From positions 1-60,999 of the IMG/VR virus record IMGVR_UViG_3300033148_005313: DNA of 60,999 nucleotides; one strand, 5' to 3'. This document shows, piece by piece, positions 29,595-39,432 of this stretch. The notes under the pieces were generated by a model that was given only the letters and a program-made list of their open reading frames with translations, was not told where the DNA came from and ran no database searches. The position numbers were made by a program, and so were the translations under genes. The number at the start of each line of letters is the position of its first letter. Within the stretch, counting starts at the first letter, position 1. The DNA is from a virus. Its lineage: Duplodnaviria; Caudoviricetes.

Positions 29595-29787
29595 CGCAGC
29601 ACCCCTCCGCGAAGTCCTCATCGTCCCACATCTCGCCGCAGGCCGGGCAGACGTAGCCGTGCGCCGGGTCGAGGCTGCACCTGTCGTCGAGGCACTCGGG
29701 GCACGGCCCGCAGTCCTCCGTGGCCTCGGTCTTCGGCGTGAGTACCCCGCACCGGCTTCCCTTCCAGCAGTCGACTTGGTTAGCCAT
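29587..29787 (-). CDS. Small Cys-rich protein
   Basis: CPEC and CPACGEMWD...CC. Confidence 0.6.
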   Translation of the reverse strand: MANQVDCWKGSRCGVLTPKTEATEDCGPCPECLDDRCSLDPAHGYVCPACGEMWDDEDFAEGCCDG

Positions 29788-30185
29788 CAGGGGGTCTCCC
29801 CCCCATCGCCCTCCGCCTCCACCGCCATTCCGTGTTCGTAGTCGATGGCCCTGACGGCCGCGGTGTCCGCCCGCAGGCCGCACATCGCGAGGTCGGGGAC
29901 GTACGCGGCGCAGGCGGCGCCGAGGCAGATCAGGAACGGCTCGGGCCTCACGAACTGGACGGGTTCCTGTGGTTGGGCCGGTGTGCCGTCGGCTGTAGCT
30001 ATGGCGACCTTCGACTGCTCGCGCTGGTCCTTGCGCACCTCCTTGACCGTGTGGAGGAACGTCATCTGCGCGGCGATCATCTGCCCTATCGACAGCATCG
30101 GACAGACGAGCTGTTTCTGCTCAGGGACCTCGGGGTCCTGGCCGTCAGCAGGTGTCGGGGGCTGATCGGTCGGGTGTCTTGTCAT
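29787..30185 (-). CDS. Hypothetical protein (CP...C...CA.Y...C motif)
   Basis: GAGGAG RBS; Cys pattern shared with 60217..60501. Confidence 0.55.
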   Translation of the reverse strand: MTRHPTDQPPTPADGQDPEVPEQKQLVCPMLSIGQMIAAQMTFLHTVKEVRKDQREQSKVAIATADGTPAQPQEPVQFVRPEPFLICLGAACAAYVPDLAMCGLRADTAAVRAIDYEHGMAVEAEGDGGETP

Positions 30186-31443
30186 CGGTGGTGCTCCTCT
30201 CTGTGGGTTGAGCGGCTGGATGGACGGGGTCGGTCTCGTCGACCGTCGGAAACGGCCCGCTCCCCGGCGGGGGAGGCGGAAGGTCCTTGATGGGCGGAAG
30301 AGAGATGCGACTGTCCTTTATCAATTCACCCTCGGTCTCTGCCTCGTCGGCCGGTGGCTTCCCCATCGTCTGCGGCTCGATATCCTCCAGCGCAGCAGCC
30401 TCGCGCGCCCATTGGCCGAGCACGTCGATGGAAACGATCCGGTTACCACCGTCTTGGTACTTCCGGTCTATCACTCCCAGGATGCAGAATGACAGCGGTG
30501 TGTCGTTGGCGCCGCGCACGAATGGCTCGGTCTCCGCGCCGTCACACGGACGCAGGGGTATCTGGTCGGCGATGTGGTCGAAGTGGGCCTTGCGCAGTTG
30601 GTCCACGAGCCAGCCTCGGTTGAGTGAGGTTTCAATCTGCAGGGACACGGTGTCCTTCGTGAGATGCCACTGCTCAGCATCGTCAACCGTCGGCGCCTTC
30701 CTCATCGTCTGCGGCTCGGTGTCCTTGCGGGGGTCGGGGTCCTGCAGGTGCGCCACCTGCGGGTCGCCGAGGAACGGCTCGGTCTCGCCCTCCCTCGCCT
30801 TCCCTAAGATCGCCTGCGCCAGCTCGTGCGGTTCGGCGAGCTCGGTGCGCTGGCATTCCGCCCGCAGTTCACCGAGGAATGGTTCACATTCCGGCCAGTG
30901 ACTACAGCGCTCGCTGGAATGTCCTACGTAGATTCCCCTGTACGAACAGTATATCTCGCCAGTCATCTCTCGCTCGGTGCAGGGCGCCCGATCCATCCTC
31001 GGCATGACCGGCGGGGCGCAGAAAGAACACCGCTGAACGGCACCAACCAAGCAGTCACGGCACTCCTGTAGGAGCAGCGTTCCTGGCTCCGCGGTCGCCT
31101 CCTCCTCCCGCCGCTCGCGGTTTACCTGGCGCAGCTTCTTGACGACGGTGACGAGGGTGCCGACGCGTCTTCGGTAGTCGTCGGTCACGAGGAGGATCGT
31201 GCGCCGTCCTGTTCCCCGGCACTTGGTACACGGCGCTCCTTGATCGGTCAGGCCGTCGTCATCGCAAGCTGCGCACTTCTCAATTCTTATCTGCTGGCTG
31301 ACCAACCCGTCCAGCTCATCGTCGCTCATCGCCTCGATCTCTTCGACCGTCTTCATGGGGCGCTCCTCTCTTTTGGTGGACTCGTAACCGACACCATCCC
31401 CGCAGTCGGGGCACCCACTGAGGCACCACTCGATCTTGCTCAC
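30145..31443 (-). CDS. Mosaic hypothetical protein with DnaJ-like CxxC motifs and internal repeats
   Basis: CAAC...CTKCRGTG; repeated ETEPF and EPQTM.K. Confidence 0.5.
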   Translation of the reverse strand: MSKIEWCLSGCPDCGDGVGYESTKREERPMKTVEEIEAMSDDELDGLVSQQIRIEKCAACDDDGLTDQGAPCTKCRGTGRRTILLVTDDYRRRVGTLVTVVKKLRQVNRERREEEATAEPGTLLLQECRDCLVGAVQRCSFCAPPVMPRMDRAPCTEREMTGEIYCSYRGIYVGHSSERCSHWPECEPFLGELRAECQRTELAEPHELAQAILGKAREGETEPFLGDPQVAHLQDPDPRKDTEPQTMRKAPTVDDAEQWHLTKDTVSLQIETSLNRGWLVDQLRKAHFDHIADQIPLRPCDGAETEPFVRGANDTPLSFCILGVIDRKYQDGGNRIVSIDVLGQWAREAAALEDIEPQTMGKPPADEAETEGELIKDSRISLPPIKDLPPPPPGSGPFPTVDETDPVHPAAQPTERSTTDDKTPDRSAPDTC

Positions 31444-31745
31444 GTCCTCACTCCTCTCTGTCGTCTGACCTCGGCAACGAGGGCGCGGATGATCTTGCGA
31501 CGCCGCTTCAGTTGGCGTCTCCGCCGGGCCGTCGCTTCCTTCTCCCAGTCCGCGAGCTTTATGATGCCCTTTGCCAAGCTGTCGGTTGCCTCTTGGGCGC
31601 GTTCCTGAGCACGAGTTGCCGTGTCCCGCATACTGTCCATCCTGGATTCCAGAAATGAGACGCGGGCTTCGGGGCTCTGGATTACGGTCTTGTCTTCCTT
31701 CTTCGCGGTGCAGGCAGCTACCCTCATAGATGGATGGCTTGGCAT
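31440..31745 (-). CDS. Coiled-coil hypothetical protein
   Basis: ORF with RBS; coupled to the next gene. Confidence 0.5.
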   Translation of the reverse strand: MPSHPSMRVAACTAKKEDKTVIQSPEARVSFLESRMDSMRDTATRAQERAQEATDSLAKGIIKLADWEKEATARRRRQLKRRRKIIRALVAEVRRQRGVRT

Positions 31746-31749
31746 AGTC

Positions 31750-32469
31750 TCACTCCTCTCTTTCGTGCGTCTCGACGATCTCGCCTTCCTCGCCGTTGCC
31801 CCCCGACGGAGGTAGGGCCGACAGCGCCACCCTCGTGATCTCCAGCACCTTGACCGCCGCCTCCTCCGGCGACGCGTCCTCCATCATGCCCTTCATCAGT
31901 CTGTCAGCGACCGCCCCGAGCTGCTCGGCGTCCATCGTCCTCGGGGCTCTAGGCTGGGCCAGGTCGTCGGTCTGCTTCAGGATGTCGCAGATTATAGCTT
32001 GGACCATGCGCAGGTCCTTCGGACTCTCCAGCCGCATCTTCGGCTCTTCGCCTCGCCCGAGCGGCCCGAGGATCAGGTCGTTGATCTCCCAGACGAGCCA
32101 GTTGAGTAGCTGCCGGCCGACGTCGTGCATGGTCCTGACGTCGGAGACGATAGAGGCGGCGAGGTCGGTGGAGAGCTCCTCGCGGGCGCGTTCGAGCGCA
32201 AGGACTGTCGTTTGGCGGCGGAATACGTACCAGTCTTGGCCGTCTGGCTCGGCGTTCCTCCTCCAGTCCCCGACGGTCACCTTGCCTTGTATCTCCCCCA
32301 TCCCGAGGTGTTCGGCGATCTCGACGTCCGTCTTTCCCTGAATCCACATGGCGCGCGCTTCGGTCTTGGCTTCATGGCCGTAGCCGCCGCGGCCGGGGTG
32401 TCGCTTCCCGGGTCCGTATCCGCCGCGCGGGGCCGGTTCTTCTTTCGCTCCTCCGCCGTCGCCGCTCAT
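31750..32469 (-). CDS. terS: Terminase small subunit (HTH), putative
   Basis: ARAMWIQGKTDVEIAEHLG...TVGDWRR...W N-terminal HTH and helical body; upstream of TerL. Confidence 0.65.
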   Translation of the reverse strand: MSGDGGGAKEEPAPRGGYGPGKRHPGRGGYGHEAKTEARAMWIQGKTDVEIAEHLGMGEIQGKVTVGDWRRNAEPDGQDWYVFRRQTTVLALERAREELSTDLAASIVSDVRTMHDVGRQLLNWLVWEINDLILGPLGRGEEPKMRLESPKDLRMVQAIICDILKQTDDLAQPRAPRTMDAEQLGAVADRLMKGMMEDASPEEAAVKVLEITRVALSALPPSGGNGEEGEIVETHEREE

Positions 32470-32574
32470 GTGGCCCTCCTTGCCTCTCTGGCCGCCCGTG
32501 TGGTCCGTTGACGCTCTTCCCTAGGGTATACCCCCGAAACGGGGTCCGAGGCGCTTAGGGAGCGCGAGACGCGC

Positions 32575-33327
32575 CTACTCATTAGTAGGCATCCTTCGTA
32601 TCTTAGCCCACGTCGCATATACACGTCCACTCTTTGGACGTATACACCACTGGGGCCACTTCGATATGAGGAGGTCGTTGTCTTCCTGCTCGGACTGCTC
32701 GCGCGACTCGAGGAGCGAGTCGAGTCCACCAGCTACCGTCCCCATCTTCGGCTTCGCGATCGTGTACTTGTGGACGAGGATGGTCTCCCAGCCCGCGGCG
32801 AGGGTCGCGATACAGAAGTCGATGTCCTCCCGCGCCTGAAAGCGCTGGTCGTAGTTGATCCCCGTCGTGGTTGACGTTAGCTTGCAGCACATCGGTCGTC
32901 CGTGTCGGCGCCACTGCAGCTTCTTGTTCCACGCCCACAGCGCGAAGTCGGGTCCCAGGAGCACGATGCGAGACGAGGTCGCCAGGTCCTCGATACTGGT
33001 GAGCACATCGGTAGCCGTCGTCGTGCGAACTCTCTTGTTGACGACGACCCCGAACTGCCGAATATTGTCGTCGATCTGCCAGTACCGCTCCCACCCGTTC
33101 GCGCGAGTATACTCCAGCATCGACTGTCTCGCGAAGGCAACGCCGCGGTCGTTCTCCCCTAGCACGACGATGTCCGTCGACGGGTACGCACTGCGATAGG
33201 CGCCCTCGTCCTGCGGCTCGATGAACAACGTGAACGGCAACCCCTCGTCACTTAGCGTCCTGAGTGTCGTCGCAGTCCCCGCTCGCTGCCGGCTCGGGAT
33301 CAGAATTGGATGTTGAACTTGCGCCAT
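32575..33327 (-). CDS. GREB1/TAGT-like glycosyltransferase (copy 2)
   Basis: ATG 33327 with AAGGAGG RBS; ILIPSRQRA, FIEPQD...Y, GVAFARQ, WQIDDNI, EDIDF. Confidence 0.8.
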   Translation of the reverse strand: MAQVQHPILIPSRQRAGTATTLRTLSDEGLPFTLFIEPQDEGAYRSAYPSTDIVVLGENDRGVAFARQSMLEYTRANGWERYWQIDDNIRQFGVVVNKRVRTTTATDVLTSIEDLATSSRIVLLGPDFALWAWNKKLQWRRHGRPMCCKLTSTTTGINYDQRFQAREDIDFCIATLAAGWETILVHKYTIAKPKMGTVAGGLDSLLESREQSEQEDNDLLISKWPQWCIRPKSGRVYATWAKIRRMPTNE

Positions 33328-34279
33328 CAGGTTCCTCCTTCGACGTAGGAGTAGGATCCATTTTAGGAGCATCGCCCGGGAGGCCATCATTATATATCTG
33401 AGCAGCTAGGTCTTTACGCTCTTTACGAGGCCCATCGGAGACGATCTTCGGGACTGCCGCGTTCCAGTCAACCGAGTGGTGGAGCCTACGTTCGGTACGC
33501 CCCATCGGCCTGACCTTGACGCACGACGGGGCCGCCATTACCGTATAGAAGCTCTTCACGTAGGTGCCCGCGTCAAGGTATAGCTCCGTGATCCCGCCCG
33601 GATTCGATTGGGTCGGCTCCTGGTCTAACTGCAGCCCCGTATAGGTAAAGAACAGGCCCCCGCGATTCCCCAGCGCAACGTAGGTGTTTACATCGTCGTT
33701 CATCCGGCCCGCGAACATGAATAGCCGGTCCGTCGTACAGACGAAGCTATTCATCGCCTTCCGGGTGAGGCGTCGCTCCGTATTCCCTTCCGCGCCGCCG
33801 AAATGATCTCCACCTTGCGACATGCAGATGGTAAGCGCGGGCGTAGCGATCAAGAACTCGACTAAGGCCTCCCAGACCCTATCGAGATTCCGTATAGCCC
33901 ACCCGTGAAACTGCGGTAGCTGCTCGTCCGGTTTTCGCCCAGCGACGCGATACATCCAAGCCCGGTAGTCATCGTCAAGTTGCACGAAGTACCGGCACCC
34001 GACCTGTTCGGCGAGACTCCAACAGGCATTCCTCGCCCATAGCGGAGAACCCCTACCGGGGAAGTTATCGTACTGGTCCGTGTACTTCGCCACCTCGTCC
34101 TTCGAGAACTCCAGCACCGCGTCCCCGTACCTCTCCCGGTACTCGTCGCCGGTCTCGTCCTCATCGTCAATGACGATATAGGTCTCCCCCGTGTAGCCGC
34201 TACGCTTCAGCGTGTCCCTGGTCTTCACGCTGTCCGGCCTGCCGTGGCTTAGGATGAACACGCAGAAGTCGTCACGCAT
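33248..34279 (-). CDS. GREB1/TAGT-like glycosyltransferase (copy 1)
   Basis: FILSHGRP, ARNAC, QLDDDY, RKAMNSF, GRMNDDVNTY, Q.N.GG.TELY...GTYVKSFY. Confidence 0.85.
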   Translation of the reverse strand: MRDDFCVFILSHGRPDSVKTRDTLKRSGYTGETYIVIDDEDETGDEYRERYGDAVLEFSKDEVAKYTDQYDNFPGRGSPLWARNACWSLAEQVGCRYFVQLDDDYRAWMYRVAGRKPDEQLPQFHGWAIRNLDRVWEALVEFLIATPALTICMSQGGDHFGGAEGNTERRLTRKAMNSFVCTTDRLFMFAGRMNDDVNTYVALGNRGGLFFTYTGLQLDQEPTQSNPGGITELYLDAGTYVKSFYTVMAAPSCVKVRPMGRTERRLHHSVDWNAAVPKIVSDGPRKERKDLAAQIYNDGLPGDAPKMDPTPTSKEEPDGASSTSNSDPEPAASGDCDDTQDAK

Positions 34280-35060
34280 CGGGGTAGTCCTCCGCGAAGG
34301 TGTCCATCACGGACTTGTCGAGTCGTACGAACCCGTCTTCGATGGCCCGCTTGAAGTCGATGATAACCAGCGCCGACTGCTGCATGAGTTCCCGGATATC
34401 AGCGGGTGCGTAGGCGTAGTAGTCTGCTATCCGGTCGTATCGAAAGACGACGTGGCGCTCTGCTGCATCACGGAGGAAGGCGGCGATGTCGGGCGGGATG
34501 TCGACGGCTTCGATACTCGCGAGGAGGTCGTCTGTCTTCGCCCTGTCCCGTAGTTCGCTGACGTGCGGCTGCTCCCCGTGCGGCTCGTAGTTCGGTGACT
34601 CGACCTTCTGGGTATAGGCGCCCTCGCCGTCCCCGTCCTGTAGCCCCGCCGCCTCCCCCCTCAGCGCCTCGACCTCCACCTCCTCGACCCCGGTCGCGAC
34701 CAGCTCGACGACGGGGATCTGCTCCAGCATCTTCAGTTTCGCTAGCGGGTTCTCCTCGGCCTGCTTCCCGATCTCGGCCTTGGCGACCATGTAGAGCCGG
34801 ACCTCCTCGTCGGTGAGGTCGACGATCTCGACGCGGAGTTCGGCGTCGGCGGCGATGCCGGCGCGGAGGTGGCCGTCGATCAGGACGAGCTCGCCGTCGC
34901 GTTCGACGACGTAGAGCGCGTCGACCTGGCCGACGGTCTCGAACTGCGAGGTCATGTGCCCGGTCTGCCGGTCGCCGTGGATTCGGTACTGCTCGGGGTG
35001 CTCCTTGAGGTCGGCTCCCCGGACACGTCTTCGGTCGGTTACGCGGTCGCGGATGGTCAT
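34272..35060 (-). CDS. ParB-like domain fused to a glycosyltransferase-associated helical domain
   Basis: LIDGHLR ParB motif; C-terminal YTQKVESPNYEP...AAERH..F.Y..IADYYA...SALVIIDF..AI. Confidence 0.75.
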   Translation of the reverse strand: MTIRDRVTDRRRVRGADLKEHPEQYRIHGDRQTGHMTSQFETVGQVDALYVVERDGELVLIDGHLRAGIAADAELRVEIVDLTDEEVRLYMVAKAEIGKQAEENPLAKLKMLEQIPVVELVATGVEEVEVEALRGEAAGLQDGDGEGAYTQKVESPNYEPHGEQPHVSELRDRAKTDDLLASIEAVDIPPDIAAFLRDAAERHVVFRYDRIADYYAYAPADIRELMQQSALVIIDFKRAIEDGFVRLDKSVMDTFAEDYPDA

Positions 35061-35352
35061 ACCGGCGGCCCCTTCTCGTAGCAGGGACCGCAGTAGTTGT
35101 TCTGGCTCGGAATCAGCGTCCCGCACGTCGCGCAACGCTTGGTCATATTCTGGCACCTCGCCCACATCCCGCACCGCTCGCGGCGGCAGGGCGGGCGCTC
35201 GTTGAGAATCCTCTCGATATAGTCAAGTTCGCCAGGCGTATACTTCCCGCCCACCTTGGGAATGAACACTATCGTCGGCCCGTGAGGGCAGGTCAGCTCT
35301 TCTTCTCGTGGGTCCATGATCGTCCTCCTGTATTTGGGGCGAAACGCCACTC

Positions 35353-35565
35353 CTATCCTTCCTCCAGACCGTCGTACCAATCATACACCCGAGGGACGAC
35401 TTGCATCAGGACGATGCAGATAACGCCCGCCAAGCCCGTCCCGATCAGCGCGCCCCCTAGCTTCATCAACGCTTCAGACGGGGTCGTAGTCGCCAGGAGA
35501 TATCCGACGCCGCACAGCAGAAACGGAAGGATGTAGAGCGCCTTTCGTATACGTGTCTTGGTCAT
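35353..35565 (-). CDS. Small two-TM membrane protein
   Basis: Two hydrophobic segments. Confidence 0.55.
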   Translation of the reverse strand: MTKTRIRKALYILPFLLCGVGYLLATTTPSEALMKLGGALIGTGLAGVICIVLMQVVPRVYDWYDGLEEG

Positions 35566-35635
35566 TGCCCCTCTCCTATTCAGTCAAGCGCCTTGCGCGC
35601 CCGACGAGTTTCTTCGACGGCACAACCACGGCACC

Positions 35636-36202
35636 TTATCGCTTGAAGTCCTTCCCGACCTTCTCGACGCGCGCTGTCTTCGGGATCGGCTCACCGGACT
35701 GGAACATCCTAACGCGATTCCACTCAGCGACAGAGCGCTCACGGACACGCTTGACGCGCCGCATGAACGCCTCGTGCGTCTCGCCCTTTTGCTGGTCGAT
35801 GGAGCAACCGGAGTATTCGTGTGGAGGCCCGAGACTGTAGCAGCCGATGTGTGCCTCCCACAGCCGGTCGTCGTACTGCTGCTTGTGGATTCGAACATCG
35901 GCGTCGTCGAGCGTGAGTTCCCGGTATTCCGGCTTATCGCACAAGGTCTTCTTCAGCGCGGCGGTCGCGTCCGTCTTTTCGGCGTGCTTTACCCACAACC
36001 CCCTAGCATCGTCCCTCAGCGTAGTAACGGCCGCGCGGCACCTCTCGACCAGCTTCTCGCGCGGCTCCAGATTGACGTTGCTGAGGCCGATACCTTCCCC
36101 GTCCGATTGCAGGGAGATGGCTTGGATGCTGCCGAACTCGTAGGAGTAGATCTCGTAACGGCGTCCGTCAAAGGAGAACTTCTCGATTCTCCAGATGTCC
36201 AC
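35636..36202 (-). CDS. Hypothetical protein
   Basis: 188 aa; GAGGAG RBS. Confidence 0.6.
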   Translation of the reverse strand: MDIWRIEKFSFDGRRYEIYSYEFGSIQAISLQSDGEGIGLSNVNLEPREKLVERCRAAVTTLRDDARGLWVKHAEKTDATAALKKTLCDKPEYRELTLDDADVRIHKQQYDDRLWEAHIGCYSLGPPHEYSGCSIDQQKGETHEAFMRRVKRVRERSVAEWNRVRMFQSGEPIPKTARVEKVGKDFKR

Positions 36203-36251
36203 GACGCATCACTCCTCTCTCTCATGTATTCACGCGCCCGACGAGTTTCGC

Positions 36252-38081
36252 CTACAGCTCCATGACCTCCTGCCCCGCCCTCTCCGCCTCCACCACCTTC
36301 TTCGTCTTCCCGGTCTCGTGGATCCTCGCGGAGGCCATGACACTATAATCCCTCGATACATCTATGCCCACGTAGCGGAGGCCCTGCTCTTTGCAGCCGA
36401 CCCCCGTTGTCCCGGTGCCGGAGAAGGGGTCGAGTACTGTGCCCGCTTCGGTGCCTCCGTCGCACTCGCAGGTCGGGCGGAAGCCGAGGGTCTCGCGCTC
36501 CACGTCCGCGAAGTTCTTCCCAACGCCTCCCGATATGGCACCGCCCGTTGCTGTCTGGCGATCTGCCCGCGCCTTGTGATTAGTAGCCGTCCGTTTGACT
36601 TCCCTCACCCACGGCGCCCCGCAGTCAGCGCAGACCTGCGTCGGACAACCGGCTTTCAGGAGAGGCTCGATGAGCTTCACGCTGAACGCCGCGAAATGGT
36701 CGACGCGCACTTCGACGCACGGGCACTTCGCCGCCTTCGGGTCGGCGTCGCCGGCCCGGGCTTCGATCTCGCGGCCAGAGGCGTACCCGAGCTTCTGCCA
36801 CTTGTCGGCCTGGTGGTAGTGGGCATGGTCTTTGCAGTCCGGGTGCGCGATGTACCAGACCTCGATCTTCTTCTGCCCGTCGCCCGCCGGTCGCCACTCC
36901 TTGCGTGGCCAGTCTCCGAGGTAGGGGGTCCCCTTGAACGGGACCGGGTTCTGCAGGACCGCCACGGGATCCCCGGCCTCGTCGAGCAGCAGGCCCCCGT
37001 TCTTGCGCACGGACTCGATGTGCGCGAGCCGGGCCTTCTGCGCTTCGATCTCCGCGTCCAGGCTCTCCAGCAGCATGTCGCCCGTGCGGTAGGTGCGGCC
37101 CGAGGATGTCTTGTTCGGGTCGCCGCCCTTCGAGTGTTGCCCGCGCCCCTCGCGGGAGGCCCCGCCGAAGGTATCCTGCTCGGAGCGGACGCGGCGCGGC
37201 ATCCTGGACACGTTGCCCGAGGCCACCTTGCCGAGTTCGTCCTGAGCTCCGACCCGACCACAGGTGCCTCCGCCTCGGTGAGTGAGCGTCTTCGGTCGAA
37301 GTTGCTTCCTGATTCCGTCAGCATCCCAGAAATAGCGCCCCGACTTCGCGAGCATGATCCAGTATTCGGTGCTCACCGCTGGACGATCTCGAATCGACTC
37401 AGGCATCGCGCTCGACGGCTTCACCCAGGGCAACATCGCCCGCCACCACCAACCGTCTGCCTGGAGGGCGACCGCGAGGCGGAACGGCTGGCCGATGAGG
37501 TCCTTGGGTTTGAGGCCGGGGGAGTTGCTGCGCTGGGCGATTTCCTCGTTCTCCCAGTACCCATGCTCCGCGGTCTTCGTCGGCTTCCGCTTGGCAGAGG
37601 TCCCCGCGTTGTAGCTGTCACCGCAGTTGACCATGCAGACCCCGTCGTCACGCAACACGCGACGGACTTCTCTGAAGATGGAGACCAGGTTCGCGACCCA
37701 CATGGTTGCGTCGGGTTCAAGCCCGAGGGCGCCGCGCCAGGCTCCGCAGAGCTGACAGAATGTCTGCTCCCGCCATCGGGCCTTCTTCAGGCGCTCCACG
37801 TTCTCCGGGCCGGGCTTCTGGAAGGCCTCTCCGCTTGATCGGCCTGCGCTCTTCTCCGTGTAGACGCGCTCCGACTGCCACTCATGTTCACAATCCTCGG
37901 CACCTCCCCATATCTGAATCTGCTCTCCGCCGACGTCCGCATACTGCCGGAGGGCCCAGAAGGGGACCGAGGTCACGACGCAGTGAACCGACCCCTCGGG
38001 CAGCCCGCGCAGGACCTCCAGCGCATCGCCCAAGTAGAGGGTCCGCTCACCGTCGCTCCAGAAGCTATCCATCGCTGGCAT
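36252..38081 (-). CDS. N4C/N6A DNA methyltransferase (beta-type order) with insertions
   Basis: ATG 38081 (GGAGGTG RBS); VHCVVTSVPFW (motif IV variant), LGLEP, NCGDSY, KPKDLIGQP, HFAAF, VLDPFSGTGTT. Confidence 0.88.
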   Translation of the reverse strand: MPAMDSFWSDGERTLYLGDALEVLRGLPEGSVHCVVTSVPFWALRQYADVGGEQIQIWGGAEDCEHEWQSERVYTEKSAGRSSGEAFQKPGPENVERLKKARWREQTFCQLCGAWRGALGLEPDATMWVANLVSIFREVRRVLRDDGVCMVNCGDSYNAGTSAKRKPTKTAEHGYWENEEIAQRSNSPGLKPKDLIGQPFRLAVALQADGWWWRAMLPWVKPSSAMPESIRDRPAVSTEYWIMLAKSGRYFWDADGIRKQLRPKTLTHRGGGTCGRVGAQDELGKVASGNVSRMPRRVRSEQDTFGGASREGRGQHSKGGDPNKTSSGRTYRTGDMLLESLDAEIEAQKARLAHIESVRKNGGLLLDEAGDPVAVLQNPVPFKGTPYLGDWPRKEWRPAGDGQKKIEVWYIAHPDCKDHAHYHQADKWQKLGYASGREIEARAGDADPKAAKCPCVEVRVDHFAAFSVKLIEPLLKAGCPTQVCADCGAPWVREVKRTATNHKARADRQTATGGAISGGVGKNFADVERETLGFRPTCECDGGTEAGTVLDPFSGTGTTGVGCKEQGLRYVGIDVSRDYSVMASARIHETGKTKKVVEAERAGQEVMEL

Positions 38082-38410
38082 CACCTCCTCCCTCGCCCTC
38101 CTGGGCGCCCGGAATTGTCGGCGTAGGTGGTAGGTCCACTTCGGCCCCGCGAGCGCGTGAGGCGCGTCCTGTGCGGCATGGGCGGGCATCCCAGAGGGCC
38201 ACGCAGCGCAGGATGTAGTACTGGTAGGAGCGGACGGAGATGCTCATGCGGGGTCCTCCTCACCCTCTCCCGACAACACGAGCCGCTGGTAGACGCCGGG
38301 GTCGAGCACGACAGAGAGTTCCATGTGATCCTCTGGCAGCTTGGCGCTTGCCATGACCTGCCCCACCTGCTCCCCCTCGGCGTCGTGTACGCGCCCCCAC
38401 GGGTCGATGC

Positions 38411-38689
38411 TCAGGTGACTCCCGAAGCGGCCTCCAATTCTTCCCGCACCAGCGCCGCCGCTGCCTCGTGCCCCGCTGCTTCGAGGATAGCGCAGGCGAC
38501 TGCGGGGGCGTCGTCGATTGGGAGGGCCATCACCGTGCGGTCTTCCTCGGGCCCGTGACCGTCCTGACACAGCCAGAGGGTATCGCCGGCGGTCGCAACG
38601 AGCAGCGCCTCCCCCTGCACCGGGTTCGTCGGGTGCAGGTCGAGCTCAACGGCCTGCCCCGACTCCATCGGCAGCACTTGGTTCATCAC
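38411..38689 (-). CDS. Hypothetical protein
   Basis: GGAGG RBS. Confidence 0.5.
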   Translation of the reverse strand: MMNQVLPMESGQAVELDLHPTNPVQGEALLVATAGDTLWLCQDGHGPEEDRTVMALPIDDAPAVACAILEAAGHEAAAALVREELEAASGVT

Positions 38690-38735
38690 TCGCCCTCCGT
38701 TCTTGCCGCGACCTCCGCCGCGACCTCGGGCGGCA

Positions 38736-38978
38736 TCATCGCCATGCCTGCCCGGTTGCCTTGGTCTGAGCTGACCATGCAGCTACGAGAAACTCGATCA
38801 TGTTGCGCACCGGATCGCTCGGCCAGAGGGTCATTGCGTTGCCCTCGTCCTCCTCCCACTCCTGATTCATCTCGCCGCGAAACCAGCGTCGTATGTTGAG
38901 CGCCGAGTCTCCATTGGAGTCGGTCTGCGGCTCTACCGTTAGGCGTGTCAGGTTGTCTTGGCTCAGGAATTCAAACAC
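38736..38978 (-). CDS. Hypothetical protein (possibly PC4-like)
   Basis: LNIRRWF...W pattern; weak. Confidence 0.4.
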   Translation of the reverse strand: MFEFLSQDNLTRLTVEPQTDSNGDSALNIRRWFRGEMNQEWEEDEGNAMTLWPSDPVRNMIEFLVAAWSAQTKATGQAWR

Positions 38979-39432
38979 GTTGCGCCTCCTCTGATTTCAG
39001 TAGTCTTCGTTCCACTTCTCGGGCGACCTCGGGCGGCAGCTTGGCCCAGACCTGCGCTCCCCGCTTGGGCTGCCAGGGCAGCGGCTCCTTGAGGGCCACA
39101 ACGTCCGAGAGGACCCAGGCGTAGCACGGGCCGCCCTCGTCTGGAGGCCCGTAGCCGGGCTGCTTCCGATCCCAACGCCAATCCGAGAGGCGACACTCCG
39201 CGATTGTCGCGACGGCCACGATTGCCGAACGCACCTTAGCGAAGTGCCGCTGTTTCGGCGCGAGCATGTAGTGGTCATTGATACCGCTGCCCCCCCCGCT
39301 CCGTATCGCCACCCGCTTCCCGACCATGCCGGGGCACGGGCGCGACCGGAACTCGACGGTCTTGAGCCCCGCCGCGATGAGGCCAGCCCAGGGTTGCAGG
39401 ACTGTCAGGGCGTGCGTGATGGGCTTACTCAC
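38971..39432 (-). CDS. ASCH domain protein
   Basis: ALTVLQPWAGLIAAGLKTVEFRS...RGAQVW; GTG 39432 after GAGGAGG. Confidence 0.85.
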   Translation of the reverse strand: MSKPITHALTVLQPWAGLIAAGLKTVEFRSRPCPGMVGKRVAIRSGGGSGINDHYMLAPKQRHFAKVRSAIVAVATIAECRLSDWRWDRKQPGYGPPDEGGPCYAWVLSDVVALKEPLPWQPKRGAQVWAKLPPEVAREVERRLLKSEEAQRV

